DNA of 64,000 nucleotides from Amphiscolops sp. MND2022 (Eukaryota): NCBI GenBank assembly GCA_964187785.1, contig OZ076409.1, positions 99,574,001 to 99,638,000 of the forward strand, read 5' to 3'. Shown piece by piece: positions 37,059 to 49,200 of this stretch (position 1 is its first letter; each line of letters starts with the position of its first letter). The notes under the pieces were generated by a model. It saw only the letters and a program-made list of their open reading frames with translations, ran no database searches and was not told where the DNA came from. The position numbers and the translations under genes were made by a program.

Positions 37059-37270
37059 CTACGAACACAAAAAACTACGTTTTAAAAAACTTGAAGAAGT
37101 TGCAGTTGAAAATATCGAAAACTTCAATTTGTTTGATACGCATTGGGCAAAAGACAATCAGAAACACAAAATCATTCAGATCGATTTTAGCATTTGTCGT
37201 TCTTCCGGAATTGAATAAAACACAAACTGCTTTCCAATTTCAGTTTATTTTGGCAATTTCAAATCGTTTT

Positions 37271-38065
37271 CCCATGTTGAGCTTTCCTTGAGAATCTGTA
37301 AAGATCTGTGAGCCAATTTTCCTTGAGGATCTGTAAAGATCGTGCCACTGCTACGTAAGGACAACTGCAGATCTGCAAGGATCTTTACAGATGTTCAAAG
37401 ATTTTCTGTACAGATTTCTCAGGAAAATTTTTTCCGGACCTTCTAGTGAAACTATGCATTTATTTTTTAGCTTTTTTGGTAGATATTTTTGCTGACCAAG
37501 GCTCAGTCAGTTGAAACTCTCCATCACTCAAACTTCTTGAGCAGGAAATCTTGTCCCCATCACGGTAATTTTGGTGTCTGGGGAATGTTCGGTGTTGGTT
37601 ATACACTGTGTTTTATCCATTTCACTTGAACTTTCCAGAAGTGGTTTTTCAACTTTGAGAGGCTCGTTTGCCATATTGACGTCGTTTTGAACGATGAAAT
37701 TTGACATGTGACAACCTTCTGGGTTGGTAGAGGTGTTGATAGAGTGCTGTGGTTGTAATATTTCGGGAACATGGTTTGCTGGAGTGGTTTTAGTAATTGC
37801 TGGAAACTCGGAATACGTTATAGTAATTTGTTGGTATGGTTAATTTTTAACAAATCCTGGAATATCTGCAAGGATCTGTACAGATTCGCACAGAAACTTT
37901 TTTAAAACTTCAAATAAGAGGCGTCTTTTTTTCGTAGAGCACTTTTTAACCAACTAATTTTTTTCGGAAACTGAATTTATGACTATTCAGTTTTCGAACA
38001 ATCCTGGAATATCTGTCAGGATCTGTGCAGATCTGTACAGATTCGCAGGGAGTGCTCAACATGGG
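37271..38065. mobile_element. MITE with CCCATGTTGAGC TIRs (CMC/EnSpm-like CCC ends)
   Basis: CCCATGTTGAGC...GCTCAACATGGG, subterminal GATCTGTA/TACAGAT repeats, T-run flanks; partial second copy ends at 39419. Confidence 0.75.
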
Positions 38066-40060
38066 TTTAGCTATTATCCGATTGAAATTTAGTAACCTAA
38101 CGGTCTAGAGTTTTTTATTGAAAACAACATTTTTGGCGAACGAAAACTTATATATTAATATTAAATGAAAGTGCAATGCAAATGAACAGAATATGAATTA
38201 CAGAAAAAAAATTAAATTTAGATAACTAAAATATAACAAATTAAGTAACAAAAATGTACTTGATTTTCACTGCAATACTACAACTCAAGTTTTTTTTCGG
38301 TTAACCGGGTATGGATTTTTTAACCGGTTGCGAACTACAAAACCGGTTAACCGGTTAACCGGTTAACCGCCGACAGCCCTAGTTGCAGTATGTGGAGAAA
38401 ATCAAATATTCGAAGCGAATAATTAGGCAAGTGGCTTTCATTGTAAGTTTCGGAACAATAGCTATGTGAAACAGGATTCACGGTCTTGCTTCTCTCGTTC
38501 ATGAGGAATAGAGTGTCAGGATCGGAAGATTTAATCCGGAAGAATTGCAAAATATCTAACACAGAGGATTAACTTGGTATTAGCTAGGTTTCAAACATTT
38601 AGACGTTTGTTTGATTTTTCAAACGCGACTCTAGAAAAGCAACCCCTAATTATATAGTCGCATTTGAGATTAAATTGACAGTCTAACTTTTGCTCTGTGG
38701 AATCTGCTTCCATGCGTCCAAGTTTTCTATGCTGCTTCCGTTTCTGTAAAGATTTTCTGTACAGATTTCCCAGGAAAATTTTTTCCGGACCTTCTAGTAA
38801 AACTATGCATTTCATTTTTTAGCTTTTTTGGTAGATATTTTTGCTGACCAAGGCTCAGTCAGTTGAAACTCTCCATCACTCAAACTTCTTGAGCAGGAAA
38901 TCTTGTCCCCATCACGGTAATTTTGGTGTCTGGGTAATGTTCGGTGTTGGTTATACACTGTAATTTATCCATTTCACTTGAACTTTCCAGAAGTGGTTTT
39001 TCAATTTTGAGAGGCTCGTTTGCCATATTGACGTCGTTTTGACGGATGAAATTGACATGTGACAACCTTCTGGGTTGGTAGAGGTGTTGATAGAGTGCTG
39101 TGGTTAAAATATTTCGGGAACATGCTTTGCTGGAGTGGTTTTAGTAATTGCTGGAAACTCGGAATACGTTATAGTAATTTTTTGGTATGGTTAATTTTTA
39201 ACAAATCCTGGAATATCTGCAAGGATCTGTACAGATTCGCACAGAAACTTTTTTAAAACTTCAAACAAGAGGCGTGTTTTTTTTCGTAGAGCACTTTTTA
39301 ACCAACTAATTTCTTTTTCGGAAACTGAATTTATGACTATTCAATTTTCGAACAATCCTGGAATATCTGTCAGGATCTGTGCAGATCTGTACAGATTCGC
39401 AGGGAGTGCTCAACATGGGTTTAGCTATTATCCGATTGAAATTTAGTAACCTAACGGTCTAGAGTTTTTTAATGAAAACAACATTTTTGGCAAACAAAAA
39501 CTTAAATTTTAATATTAAATGAAAGTGCAATGCAAACGAACAGAATATGAATTACTTTGAATATGAAATTTGAATAACTTAAATTTAACAAATTAAGTAA
39601 CAAAAATGTACTTGATTTTCACTGCAATACTACAACTCAAGTTTTTTTTTCGGTTAACCGGTTATGGATTTTTAACCGGTTAACCGCCGACAGCCCTAGT
39701 CGCAGTATGTGGAGAAAATCAAATATTCGAAGCGAATAATTAGGCAAGTGGCTTTCATTGTAAGTTTCGAAACAATAGCTATGTGAAACACAGGATTCAC
39801 GCTCTTGCTTCTCTCGTTCATGAGGAATAGAGTGTCAGGATCGGAAGATTTAATCCGGAAGAATTGCAAAATATCTAACACAGAGGATTAACTTGGTATT
39901 AGCTAGGTTTCAAACTTTTAGACGTTTTTTTGATTTTTCAAACGCGACTCTAGAAAAGCAACCCCCAATTATATAGTCGCATTTGAGATTAAATTGACAG
40001 TCTAACTTTTGCTCTGTGGAATCTGCTTCCATGCGTCCAAGTTTTCTATGCTGCTTCCGT
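37397..40060. repeat. Tandem duplication, ~1.35-kb unit x2, visibly diverged
   Basis: Unit starts AAAGATTTTCTGTACAGATTTC at 37397 and 38748; includes a hAT-like end (TAGGGCTG with AACCGGTT repeats). Confidence 0.92.
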
Positions 40061-40076
40061 GCCTGCAAGGTTAATT

Positions 40077-40507
40077 CTTCAGTCGGCGCTTCATGAAGTG
40101 AAACGCAACTACACTAGTGACGTTTTTCAATCCACACGAAGTGGCCAAAATAGTTCTACAAAGTTCTACGAATTTTAAAGGTGTCAAATTGGACCATTTG
40201 TCCCAGGGAACTGAACTATAGAGATTGTTCCTTTCTTTCAGCGTAACACAGTACGAGGCGAGACTAAAGGGTCCCCTTTCAGTTATTTTTCGACACTGTG
40301 AGACTTTTTTTCGAAAATTGTTTAATGTCTCCACATGGTCCTCTTCAATGTTTTTGATATTTTTCAACAGAGTGGATGTTAAAAATCCGAAAGAGTCACC
40401 CACGCAACTTTTGGGTTTTTCGGGTACTGTAGAAGAGAGTACTTGACACTTTAAAGCCTTGTACTATTTTCGAGCCTTAGGTATGGCGCCGCCTTTTCCC
40501 GGCTGTT
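40077..40507 (-). mobile_element. Helentron/DINE-1-like family 1 copy
   Basis: Reverse-complement similarity to 33452-33856 (GAGCCTTAG.TATGGCGCCG; AGTCGGCGC end). Confidence 0.65.
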
Positions 40508-41556
40508 TTTACAGATCATGGGAAATTCAGGTAGCCTGCTTGGAAAAACTTTGTAGGATTACAATGCAGGTCCCACTATTTGACATAAAACTGAAAATAT
40601 TTCCACATCTTCGCTGTCTCAATCACCTTGTTTTCCAATTTCGTATTCTTGAGTATTAAGCTAATATAATTACCGTTATTTAAATTACACCGTGATGTGA
40701 CACTACCTTGGAATCTATAATTTAACTGAAGTTGATCTGCAAAAATGGCACCAAAATTGATAAGTTCTCATCTGCATTCAAAAATGAAACTATTGCATTT
40801 CAAAGCTTCTTTCAGGCAGCTTGACAAAATTCAATCAATTCAGTGAATTTTAAATGCATGGAAGTTTTATGAAACTTGGATAAATTAGCTTGGCAACCCG
40901 CAAGATCTTGTTAAATGCTCTTTTTATTTCAACCGCACCTCGCAAAAATTGCAAATGAATGTCTGTTAGAATCCTAGCGAAGTTTGTGTTTTCACAGTCT
41001 ACGCTGAAGTGATACACTCTTGATCCAGCGATGAAATGAAGAACAAAGAAAACTCAATTGAGAATCGAGAAGATATATGTCTAACAAAAATCTGGCCAGT
41101 TTACTTTTTTCCACCTATGGTGATTTTTGTATTCCGCCCCCCAATTTATTGTGTGCAGGGAGGAAAAGTATGATCTGTGTTGCATTTTTCAAACTAATTC
41201 TGCCAAAACTCCACTTTTACTCCATTTTAAATTTAATATTGCGTTTTACTAAGGAGGAGGCAGAGGTTCGAAAACAAGCGTCCCCATTTGTCCCACCACA
41301 CTATATCCCAACTTTCGCCGTTATGTCCGAAGGTAATTGTGTTTTTCTACGGAGGAAGCGGAAGTTCAAAAAAATTGCGCTATATCCTAATTTTGACGTT
41401 ATATCCTAAGTAATATTGCGTTTCACCAAGGAGGAGGTAAATGTTCGATTTCCACTTTCAATTGAAGGCGGAAAATATCCCGGTGCATACCGGGCGTCTT
41501 ACTCATTGTTGCTTCGTTAGTTTGAGATCTCAAGCTTTTGGCTTAAGCACACTTAC

Positions 41557-41745
41557 ATTCGCCACAAGAGCGAGGGCACGCATATTTGTAGAAGAAGTCT
41601 GTACAGTTCGGTTTAGGGGGAAGTTCTGCGTTGTTGAATAGCCCCAGCATTCCGTCCTCATGAAGCTGCTTGTATTCGTCATAGAAGGTTTGGTTTTTAA
41701 CAGCCGGACAAATTCGGTTGTAGTCGTCACAGTCGTTGCTGCAAC
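41557..41745 (-). CDS. Probable host exon: ShKT-like Cys-rich domain
   Basis: CTAACAG acceptor, GTAAGT donor, 189 nt, phase 1-1; DCDDYNRIC...NC...CPRSCGE(C). Confidence 0.7.
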
Positions 41746-41988
41746 CTGTTAGTGCAAACAAATTTTGCAGGAAAGTTTGTATTCATAGTTCCAAATTTTG
41801 AATTTTGATTTTTTATTCGGCGCTTTTCATAGAAAACGCAGACTATTGTAGTGACTTTTCTTTTTTTTTTAATCTCAAGACCAACGAAGTGGCAGATTTT
41901 ATAAGCTTTATAAGCTGACTTGAACTAACACTAAAATGCCAAACTACTTCTACTGGCACTTGAGATAGTGGTTAATTAGGCTTTTTAG

Positions 41989-42176
41989 AGGTCCCCTTTT
42001 ACATTTTTCGGCACTATGCGACTTCCAGGGGACCAAAAAAATTTTGAAAAAAATTCTATTTTTTTAAATTTGTTCCTCATGCGGGTACTGTAGAAGACAA
42101 TACGTGACACTTTGAAGTCCTTTTGCTATTTTTGAGCATTAGCTATGGCGCCGACTTGGGCCGTTTCCGGCTTGTT
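41989..42176 (-). mobile_element. Helentron/DINE-1-like family 1, truncated copy
   Basis: TATGGCGCCGACTTGGGCCG..CCGGCTTGTT terminus. Confidence 0.65.
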
Positions 42177-42789
42177 TTGTATTATTCCGAGCCTAGTTGG
42201 GCCGCTGCAAAAAGTAAATGTCTTCAAATAAAAAAAATTTAGGGAAGTTCTATGTAATCAAACACTGGAGACTAAAAGCATGCTTTGTTGTTCACTAATC
42301 AATGAAAGAGAAGCGAGAACGCCAACTTAGAAGAATCCAGATTTCCAATGAATTTGACATTTTTTATTACCAGAAAAAAGTAGGATCTTCAGGTTGTAAA
42401 AGCTCATCAGAATGAAAAAATTGATGAAAAATCTAACAAAAAGTTGTTTATTATCTGCCAACCAATCAAAGTTCAGTACTGACTGAGTTGGTGAAGTAAT
42501 AAACTTGTTCTCAATCAAGTCGACAAGAAATGCAAACTTCAAAACATTGGCACAAAAACTTGATAACTTTTTAGGATATTAAAAAAAGAAGTGAATAAAA
42601 ATTTGAAAAAGTTTTTTTACTTCATTATAACAGCTTTGGTAAAAAAAATAGTTGTATGCTGTTGATTTCAACTTGAAAGAACAAGCTTTGTAGCGATACA
42701 TTTTTCATTCATTGCATCGATGACTTAAAACAAAAATTTGATAAAAGTGGTAAATAAGAGAGGTGGACATTTCCAACGATGCGGCTAGT

Positions 42790-43192
42790 TACGTGTTTAG
42801 TCATCCCTCGGCGATGCCTGGAGAGTATAAGTAACAAGTCGAAAACGGCTCAGGTCAGCGCATTTGAGATAGTGCAAAGGGTCCCCCCTTTCAGTTAGTC
42901 CATTTTTATCGTAAGATACAAAACAGGACGAGACTTTAGGTCCCCCCGTTGAGTTTTTTTCGGCACTGTGCGATTTTTTTTGAATTTTTTTTGTTCCCAA
43001 AGGGTCCCGCCTTCGAGGTTTTTGATATTTTGCAACGGAATGTATAATAATAATCCCAGAAGGGTCCCCCTTTTACATTTTTCGGCACTATGCGACATTT
43101 TTTGAAAAAAAAATTCAATTTTTTTCCAAAAAAATCTTTTGCGCTTTTTGAGCCTTAGATATGGCGCCGACTTCAGACGTTCTCGTCTTGTT
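42790..43192 (-). mobile_element. Helentron/DINE-1-like family 1 related copy
   Basis: GAGCCTTAGATATGGCGCCGACTT...CTTGTT terminus and TTCGGCACT.TGCGAC repeats; left boundary approximate. Confidence 0.6.
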
Positions 43193-44519
43193 ATATTTTG
43201 TCTTCTCTTTTTTTTACCATAGAAAAAATCGTCAATATGTGAATACCTGATGAACATCAAGTTTTCTATAGATGGCGTTTTTTTGAGAAAAACTGAAAAT
43301 CACCCTCCATCAATAAAAGCATCTGATTGTGTCGTAACAGCAAAAAGTTGAAAACGAAAGAACAATTTTGGTCAATATTGAGCAATTCAAGACCAATGTA
43401 AATGTGGACAATTGTATAAGTTTTATGGAAATTTAGCTAAGGGTACACATATTTTCCGCGTAGAATTCCTGGTTTTCGATAGACGTTCCCCGTTACCAAA
43501 AACGTGGAAGCAAAAAAGCTTACCTTGCTGTCCATTGGTTAGTGAAAGGAACACGGAAAACGCCAAGATAGGAAGCATCCACATTTTCAATGAGCCTGAA
43601 ATTTCTTAGTATGAAACTGATATTTGAAAACAGAAAATGGAAACTGATCAGAAAAATGATGGAAAAGCTCAAAAATGCCGTTTATTTGTAGTAACTTTTG
43701 AAAATTTGTTACTTGCTGAGTTGGTGAAACAGTCAGATCTCAAGAGTCTTCATCGCCAAAAACGCACACTTCGAAACAACAAAACCAGAAGGAATGTATT
43801 GTGTTCTACGATTCAGGAGAGCCCTCTGGAATTACCAAACAACTTAACTACAAAATGGAACAAACTTCAGGATGCAATATCTTTAGGCGCTACTATTCGA
43901 GTGCTTGTCTTGAAGTGGACAAAAATGTGAGTTCAACAACACAACTTGGCCCACCAAAGACTCCGAAACAAAACGTGGATAACAAATCCTCGAATTCTGG
44001 TATACTTGTAGAAACAATGTAACTTCAATTCCTTTTATATATGCATTGAGGTATTAGGTACATTTGAAAGATTTTCAGCAAATGGATTGTCTAATTAGTT
44101 GTTCAATATTGCATGGCGGAAAACATCAGCAGTGAAAAAAAAACGTTAAATCACAGTTTATTTTTTTTTTCAATCTGGACGCAGAAGTTTTTGTAGTACT
44201 TGTTTGAGCATAAGAGCTAAGGCAAAAATGTTTTTGATTTTCTTACCATGCACCCTTTGTAGCATTTTCTCGATGCTTGAACAATTTCTCAAGTTTTTAA
44301 AAAAACCAACGTGTAACTGAAGAGCTAAAACAGAAATACAATCATTTTATGCTCTTTTCTGTTTTCCCTCCCAACACCAAAATTTTTGGAAGTAACTTTA
44401 CTTGAAAACTTTAGACTAGCCCAATCAAAAGTAAAACCTTCTTTCATAACAGGAAGTTAACGTCTATTGGAATAGTTTTTTGCTTGAACAAAACATTGTT
44501 CACACGTTTTGACTATAAT

Positions 44520-45100
44520 TGTTACGACTTCCGTTCGTGTCATTATTTTGAGGAGATTTTATCCTAACAACTTTATTAGGAGTGTAAAAACTTCTCGTTT
44601 CGTTATCTACTTCCTCTTCTGTATTTTCTCTTACGTTCTCCCTTGTTTCAGGTCTCAAATGTTTCAACATCTCCTTCTGGGATTCTATGAGCAAATTCTT
44701 GATTTCCGATGTAATTTCTTCCTTCAATGAAGCTCTAAGACTTTCCAAAAGGCTGTTCTCAATCCTAGGGGATTTTGGTCTCGAAGGACCCGCAACACTT
44801 ACGTCCTGTTCGAAAGGACACGAATTATCTACTACTATTGGGATACGAAACCTTCACTAACACTCTCGGTGCTCTCCTGTTGATTGTTCTTCCTCTTTTG
44901 GCTCCTAGTAGTTGACATTTTGATGTAGAGAGAAAATTGAGAAATAAAATTTACTTTCGAAGTGTTTTCAACAAAGTTGTGGTTGAGAAATTGGAAATTT
45001 ATGAAATAACTGATTTTGAAATTCAGCTTGATCAAAAGTGATGCCTAATTTCCAAATTGTGATTATCTGAGCGATGCTAGGAAGATATTTTGAATGGGTT
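44520..45100 (-). mobile_element. Probable solo LTR / remnant carrying a short ORF (MSTTRSQKRK...)
   Basis: Ends CGTAACA on the minus strand; ORF with one stop runs to that end; homologous remnants at 31757 and 32278; right boundary approximate. Confidence 0.5.
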
Positions 45101-46419
45101 AATGAGTGGAGTACTAGATTAGGGCAAATTTAACGTTTATGATTATCAACAAAAATATTAGTACACACAAGATATCTTCAGTTTGACGCAACAGCTGCGA
45201 CAAGTTGACTATTTTAAGAAATTATTACATGTACATTAGCACTTATTTGACAGCAACAATAATACAGCAAATTTAATAAACAGCAACGATGAACTGATAC
45301 AAAAATACGATCGCAATCACAATTATGGAACATTGTCTGAAAAAATCAAGTACGAGTGTAAATATGTAAAAATACATTTGCAGTATAAAATACACTTTAG
45401 TAATGGATATAAACTGTGACTTTCTGTCTATACAATCATAAAATCCCGTTTTGAAATGGCCTTTGCAGAGATTTTCACTTATTGTTAAAAATGCATGACA
45501 GCTAGTTGACGCGAATTTGAATTACTCTGCATGTATTAACTACACCTTATATCTGATCTTTAAGTCGTGAAATACTGGTAAAGTATTCGTTTTACAATCT
45601 AAGGTAGCCCGTAATTATCTTTCCCTATGAGATAGCGGTCTAAACGCGATGAAATTCCTGACTAATCCGGCGAATTCATTCATTTTGTCTATTTTCATAA
45701 ACCTGTCAACGTCTTGCTGACGAGTTTTCTTGGCAAAATTAAATTTCATAAACTTGTCAACGTCATTTTGACAAGTTTTCTTGGCAGAAGAGAGGATTTG
45801 CCTAGTTTGACGCAATGCTGGCGAGTATTTTAGGAATGAGTTTCTATCTAGTTGCCAATACTGTGACGTCACGATGGCGGTAAATTGGAATGATTTCTAG
45901 TAATCCTGATAGTATAGGCGGATAATTGGAATGATTTTTTGGTACATATAGACGAGGCAGTGACGTCAATTGGTATACCTTCAAACTTGTCTGCGCCTTA
46001 CTGACGACAAATGTACATGTTTTTTATTTCTTCCGTCGCTTTGTTTGCTCAGCGCAATATTGACGTCCTGAACTACACTAAATGCTGTTCAAAAAGTAAT
46101 TATGCTGCCTTTCTTAGAAAAGGCTTAGTTTCTCCGGCGTGCCATCTCAGTGTATTTTCTATTTTAGATCTGATTGATATTCCTCTTGGAAGTGATTTTG
46201 GATATTTTTTCATTTGGATTGGCCTATGCTCTCTTTGTTTTAAAACGTGTCCTAATTTAGTTTTCAGGTGGCGAATGTTACTATTTTGACGGGGCTGAAG
46301 CGTTTTACCGGAAATGCGTGAAAAATCATTTTGGCGTATTTTTTTCCGAGTCTAATTTCGTTTGAAAATTCCGTTGAATAGACGTGTATTTTGCATTTTA
46401 AGTCACAGTTTATTCATTC

Positions 46420-47205
46420 TCACAAGAATTTAAAATCCAAATTACCTTTTTGAAAGTTTCGCTGTACAGCCATGACCTCTGCCGTAGCCAACTCGTCTGC
46501 ATCCACATTCCAGTCGGGAGCGGACTGTGACGGGGCCACTGTCCTGGGTCGTGCGGCATACCCAGGGAGACGAGCTTGGAACGAGTGACTCGGGAATCGG
46601 CCGTAGCTGTTCTTCATTCCGGAATTTGTCATGGACGCCTTTACTGCACTTCTCTGTTCTAGGTCGTTTAGTGGGCTCACAGCCTTCGTATTTATCTTCT
46701 TTAACGGACCAGGGGGAGTGACATAGTAGGAGTCGGCGTCCTCGTTTGCTACCTGCTCCAAATAGTCTGCTATGACCTCGCTGGTCACTGATTGTGTACT
46801 TGTCCGTTTGTGGCCCTCGACTATAAAAACTTCGGAGTTCGTCATATCGTTCGGGTCGTATACCTCAGGCTGCTCATCTGGGCTTTCTGAGCTTTTGATT
46901 GTTTCGCCGTCTTCATTGTCCTCAGAAGAGTCTGGGTATGCTTCTGATTCTCAGTAGGCTACAGACTCGACACTATTGCTTAGTTTAAGACGCTTGCAGT
47001 TCATATCTATTGAATCTAAAGACGAATTGAGGTCTTCTTCATAATCAGCATTGGCCTCAACAGAAGAGTGAGATATTTCCAGGACTACTCTAATATTCGG
47101 GAACGCGTCTCTGGCAAGTGGTGTTGAAGCTCTTTGCATCATTTCTTCGTTCTCGCTTTCCGATGAGATGTCTGTTAATTCGTAGATATCCTTGAGACTG
47201 GCCAT
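46420..47205 (-). pseudogene. Acidic, Ser-rich ORF of unknown function (one in-frame TGA at 46951-46953)
   Basis: ORFs 46951-47205 and 46420-46845 share a frame; CCAAT-like boxes upstream. Confidence 0.5.
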
Positions 47206-48928
47206 TTATTGTCGATAATTATGAGTTTTTCCTGCTGCTTTGTTTTGATTCTGTTCTTTCCACAATGAATTTCGGATGATTTAGGATTAATTTAGGATTA
47301 GGGAGAATATTGGGATAAATCCCTCCATTCTGATTGGTTGAACAATTGTTTTAATCCTTTTTAGTCTTCAGGTGTTGACTTATGCCAACGTCATATTTTC
47401 ATTGGCTGCAAATTGAAATAAGTCACTTAGCCAAACTTGTCAATGTTTTGCAGACGTCATTTTCGTTAGCTTAGCTAACGTTTAAAATTTGTCATCGTTA
47501 TGATTACGTCATTGTAGATTACAGGATTAATTTCTTAACCCTAATAACCTTTCTGCCGATGTTATGCCGACGTCAATTTCGTTGATAAATTATCAACTTT
47601 AGGTTTTGTCACCGTTTTGATGACGTCAGTTTTGGTTGTTGTTTTCATCCTTGTTTCTTTATTTCAGACTTTTGTGGTTTGAATGGATCAGGAATCTCCT
47701 CCTCATTGTCGTGACGCAGGTGCACAGAGTGGAAACGAGACTCAGTTTGTTTTCTCTGAAGAGGACATGCGTGATAGCGACGCTGACTTGGTCAATCGTC
47801 TGGCACTTGGTAATTTCCTTCATCCCCTCTTTTCCATTAAGCTTTTGTGAACTATACATTCAACAGTTAGGCCTTTCCTGTGTCGGTATTTTCACAGCTT
47901 AGATTTTCTTGAGGCGTCGAAATTTGGGGATTGTGTTTTAGAGCGAGGTCTAGCCTCTACCACTGTTGCGCCTCCGACTTATGTTTCTCGTGCAGCCGAT
48001 GATGTTATACCTTCGACTGTTCCTTCCTCTGGTGGGGTTGTGCCTGCCGTGACGGTGTCGTTTCACCTCACGGAGGTGAGGTAGTCTCCCCCGAAAAGGA
48101 AAAGACTTCTCCGCCAGGACAAGATGAAATTGCTTCGCCGGAACAGGGAAAGTCAGTTACAGAAGTACAGAAAGACCATGCTGCAACTGTCCCTGATGAA
48201 AGTCCTTTGCGGGCAGATAATCCAGTTCCAGTTGATTCGCACAAAACACTGTCACTCAGTTTCTCTCGTTTCCTTGCTGGTGCTTCAAAGAAGAGAGGTG
48301 GAATGGACACATCTTCTTTTGTCGCTTCAGGTGAATATTCATGAAATACTCTGTACTTATTTTATTTATTCGGTGTGCGATTTAGCTATTCATTGGGTTG
48401 TGTTGTAGGGGCCCCCGTTAATACTAGAGCTTTCCTCGTCAGTTCGTCGTCAAAGAAGCGTCGTCGTTCTGGGCGAGTGACAGCAGCTGTGCAGTTTCGT
48501 GAGCCTCAGACTGAGAGTAATTATTTGTTATTTCGGTCTGTGTAGTATAGTCTGTCGTTGCCTTTGTGATATATCGTTACTTCTTTTTGTAGGTAGTGAT
48601 AGTCATGATAGCAGAGACGATGTCGTCAGAAACACTTCGTTACAAATTAGTCAACTCATTGCGGCAGAGCTTGGAAATCGGACTGTGGTAGCCTTTGTAT
48701 CGCGTAAGTGTTGTTGATTTATTTTCCTTAAATTCTCTTGTGAGTTTGGTTTGTTGGCGATTGGTGGTGTAAGGCTTCGTGAATTGGGGTTGTTAGGTAG
48801 TGAATCTGTGTTTTGTTTTAGGCCTTGAGGCTTTGGTGTCTCGAGTGGAGAGCAGTCTGGGTTACATGACGTCCTTGCATCGCCCGAAGAAACGAGTCTA
48901 CAGTCCTCGGAATCGACTTCGCCGAGAA

Positions 48929-49200
48929 ATGGTTCGTGGCCATCCCGTACTGGAGCTATTTGTGAGTGGGTCAAGCACAGGTTCGGACAATACGTTTTTC
49001 TGTACGATTTGTCATCGTGACGTATCAATGAAGACCCTAGGAGCTGGTGAGCTTACTCGTCAAGTTTCTGGCGATCGTCACTGGCAAGCTGATGTTACTT
49101 ATCGGATACATCAGGGGCTGCCTGTTTTCAACAAATTAATGGACCCCATTGAGCTGTCGGAGACCCAGAAAGCTGATTTCCTGTCGCGCCCATTTAAAGA
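48929..49200 (+). pseudogene. Zinc-finger-like fragment (transposase N-terminal type), cut at the duplication junction
   Basis: FFCTICHRDVSMKTLGAGELTRQ.SG.RH resembles the CxxC..H..H fingers of some DNA transposases. Confidence 0.45.

Noticed and set aside
43637..44022. Possible gene fragment
   Set aside because: Short overlapping ORFs with no recognisable motif or splice support
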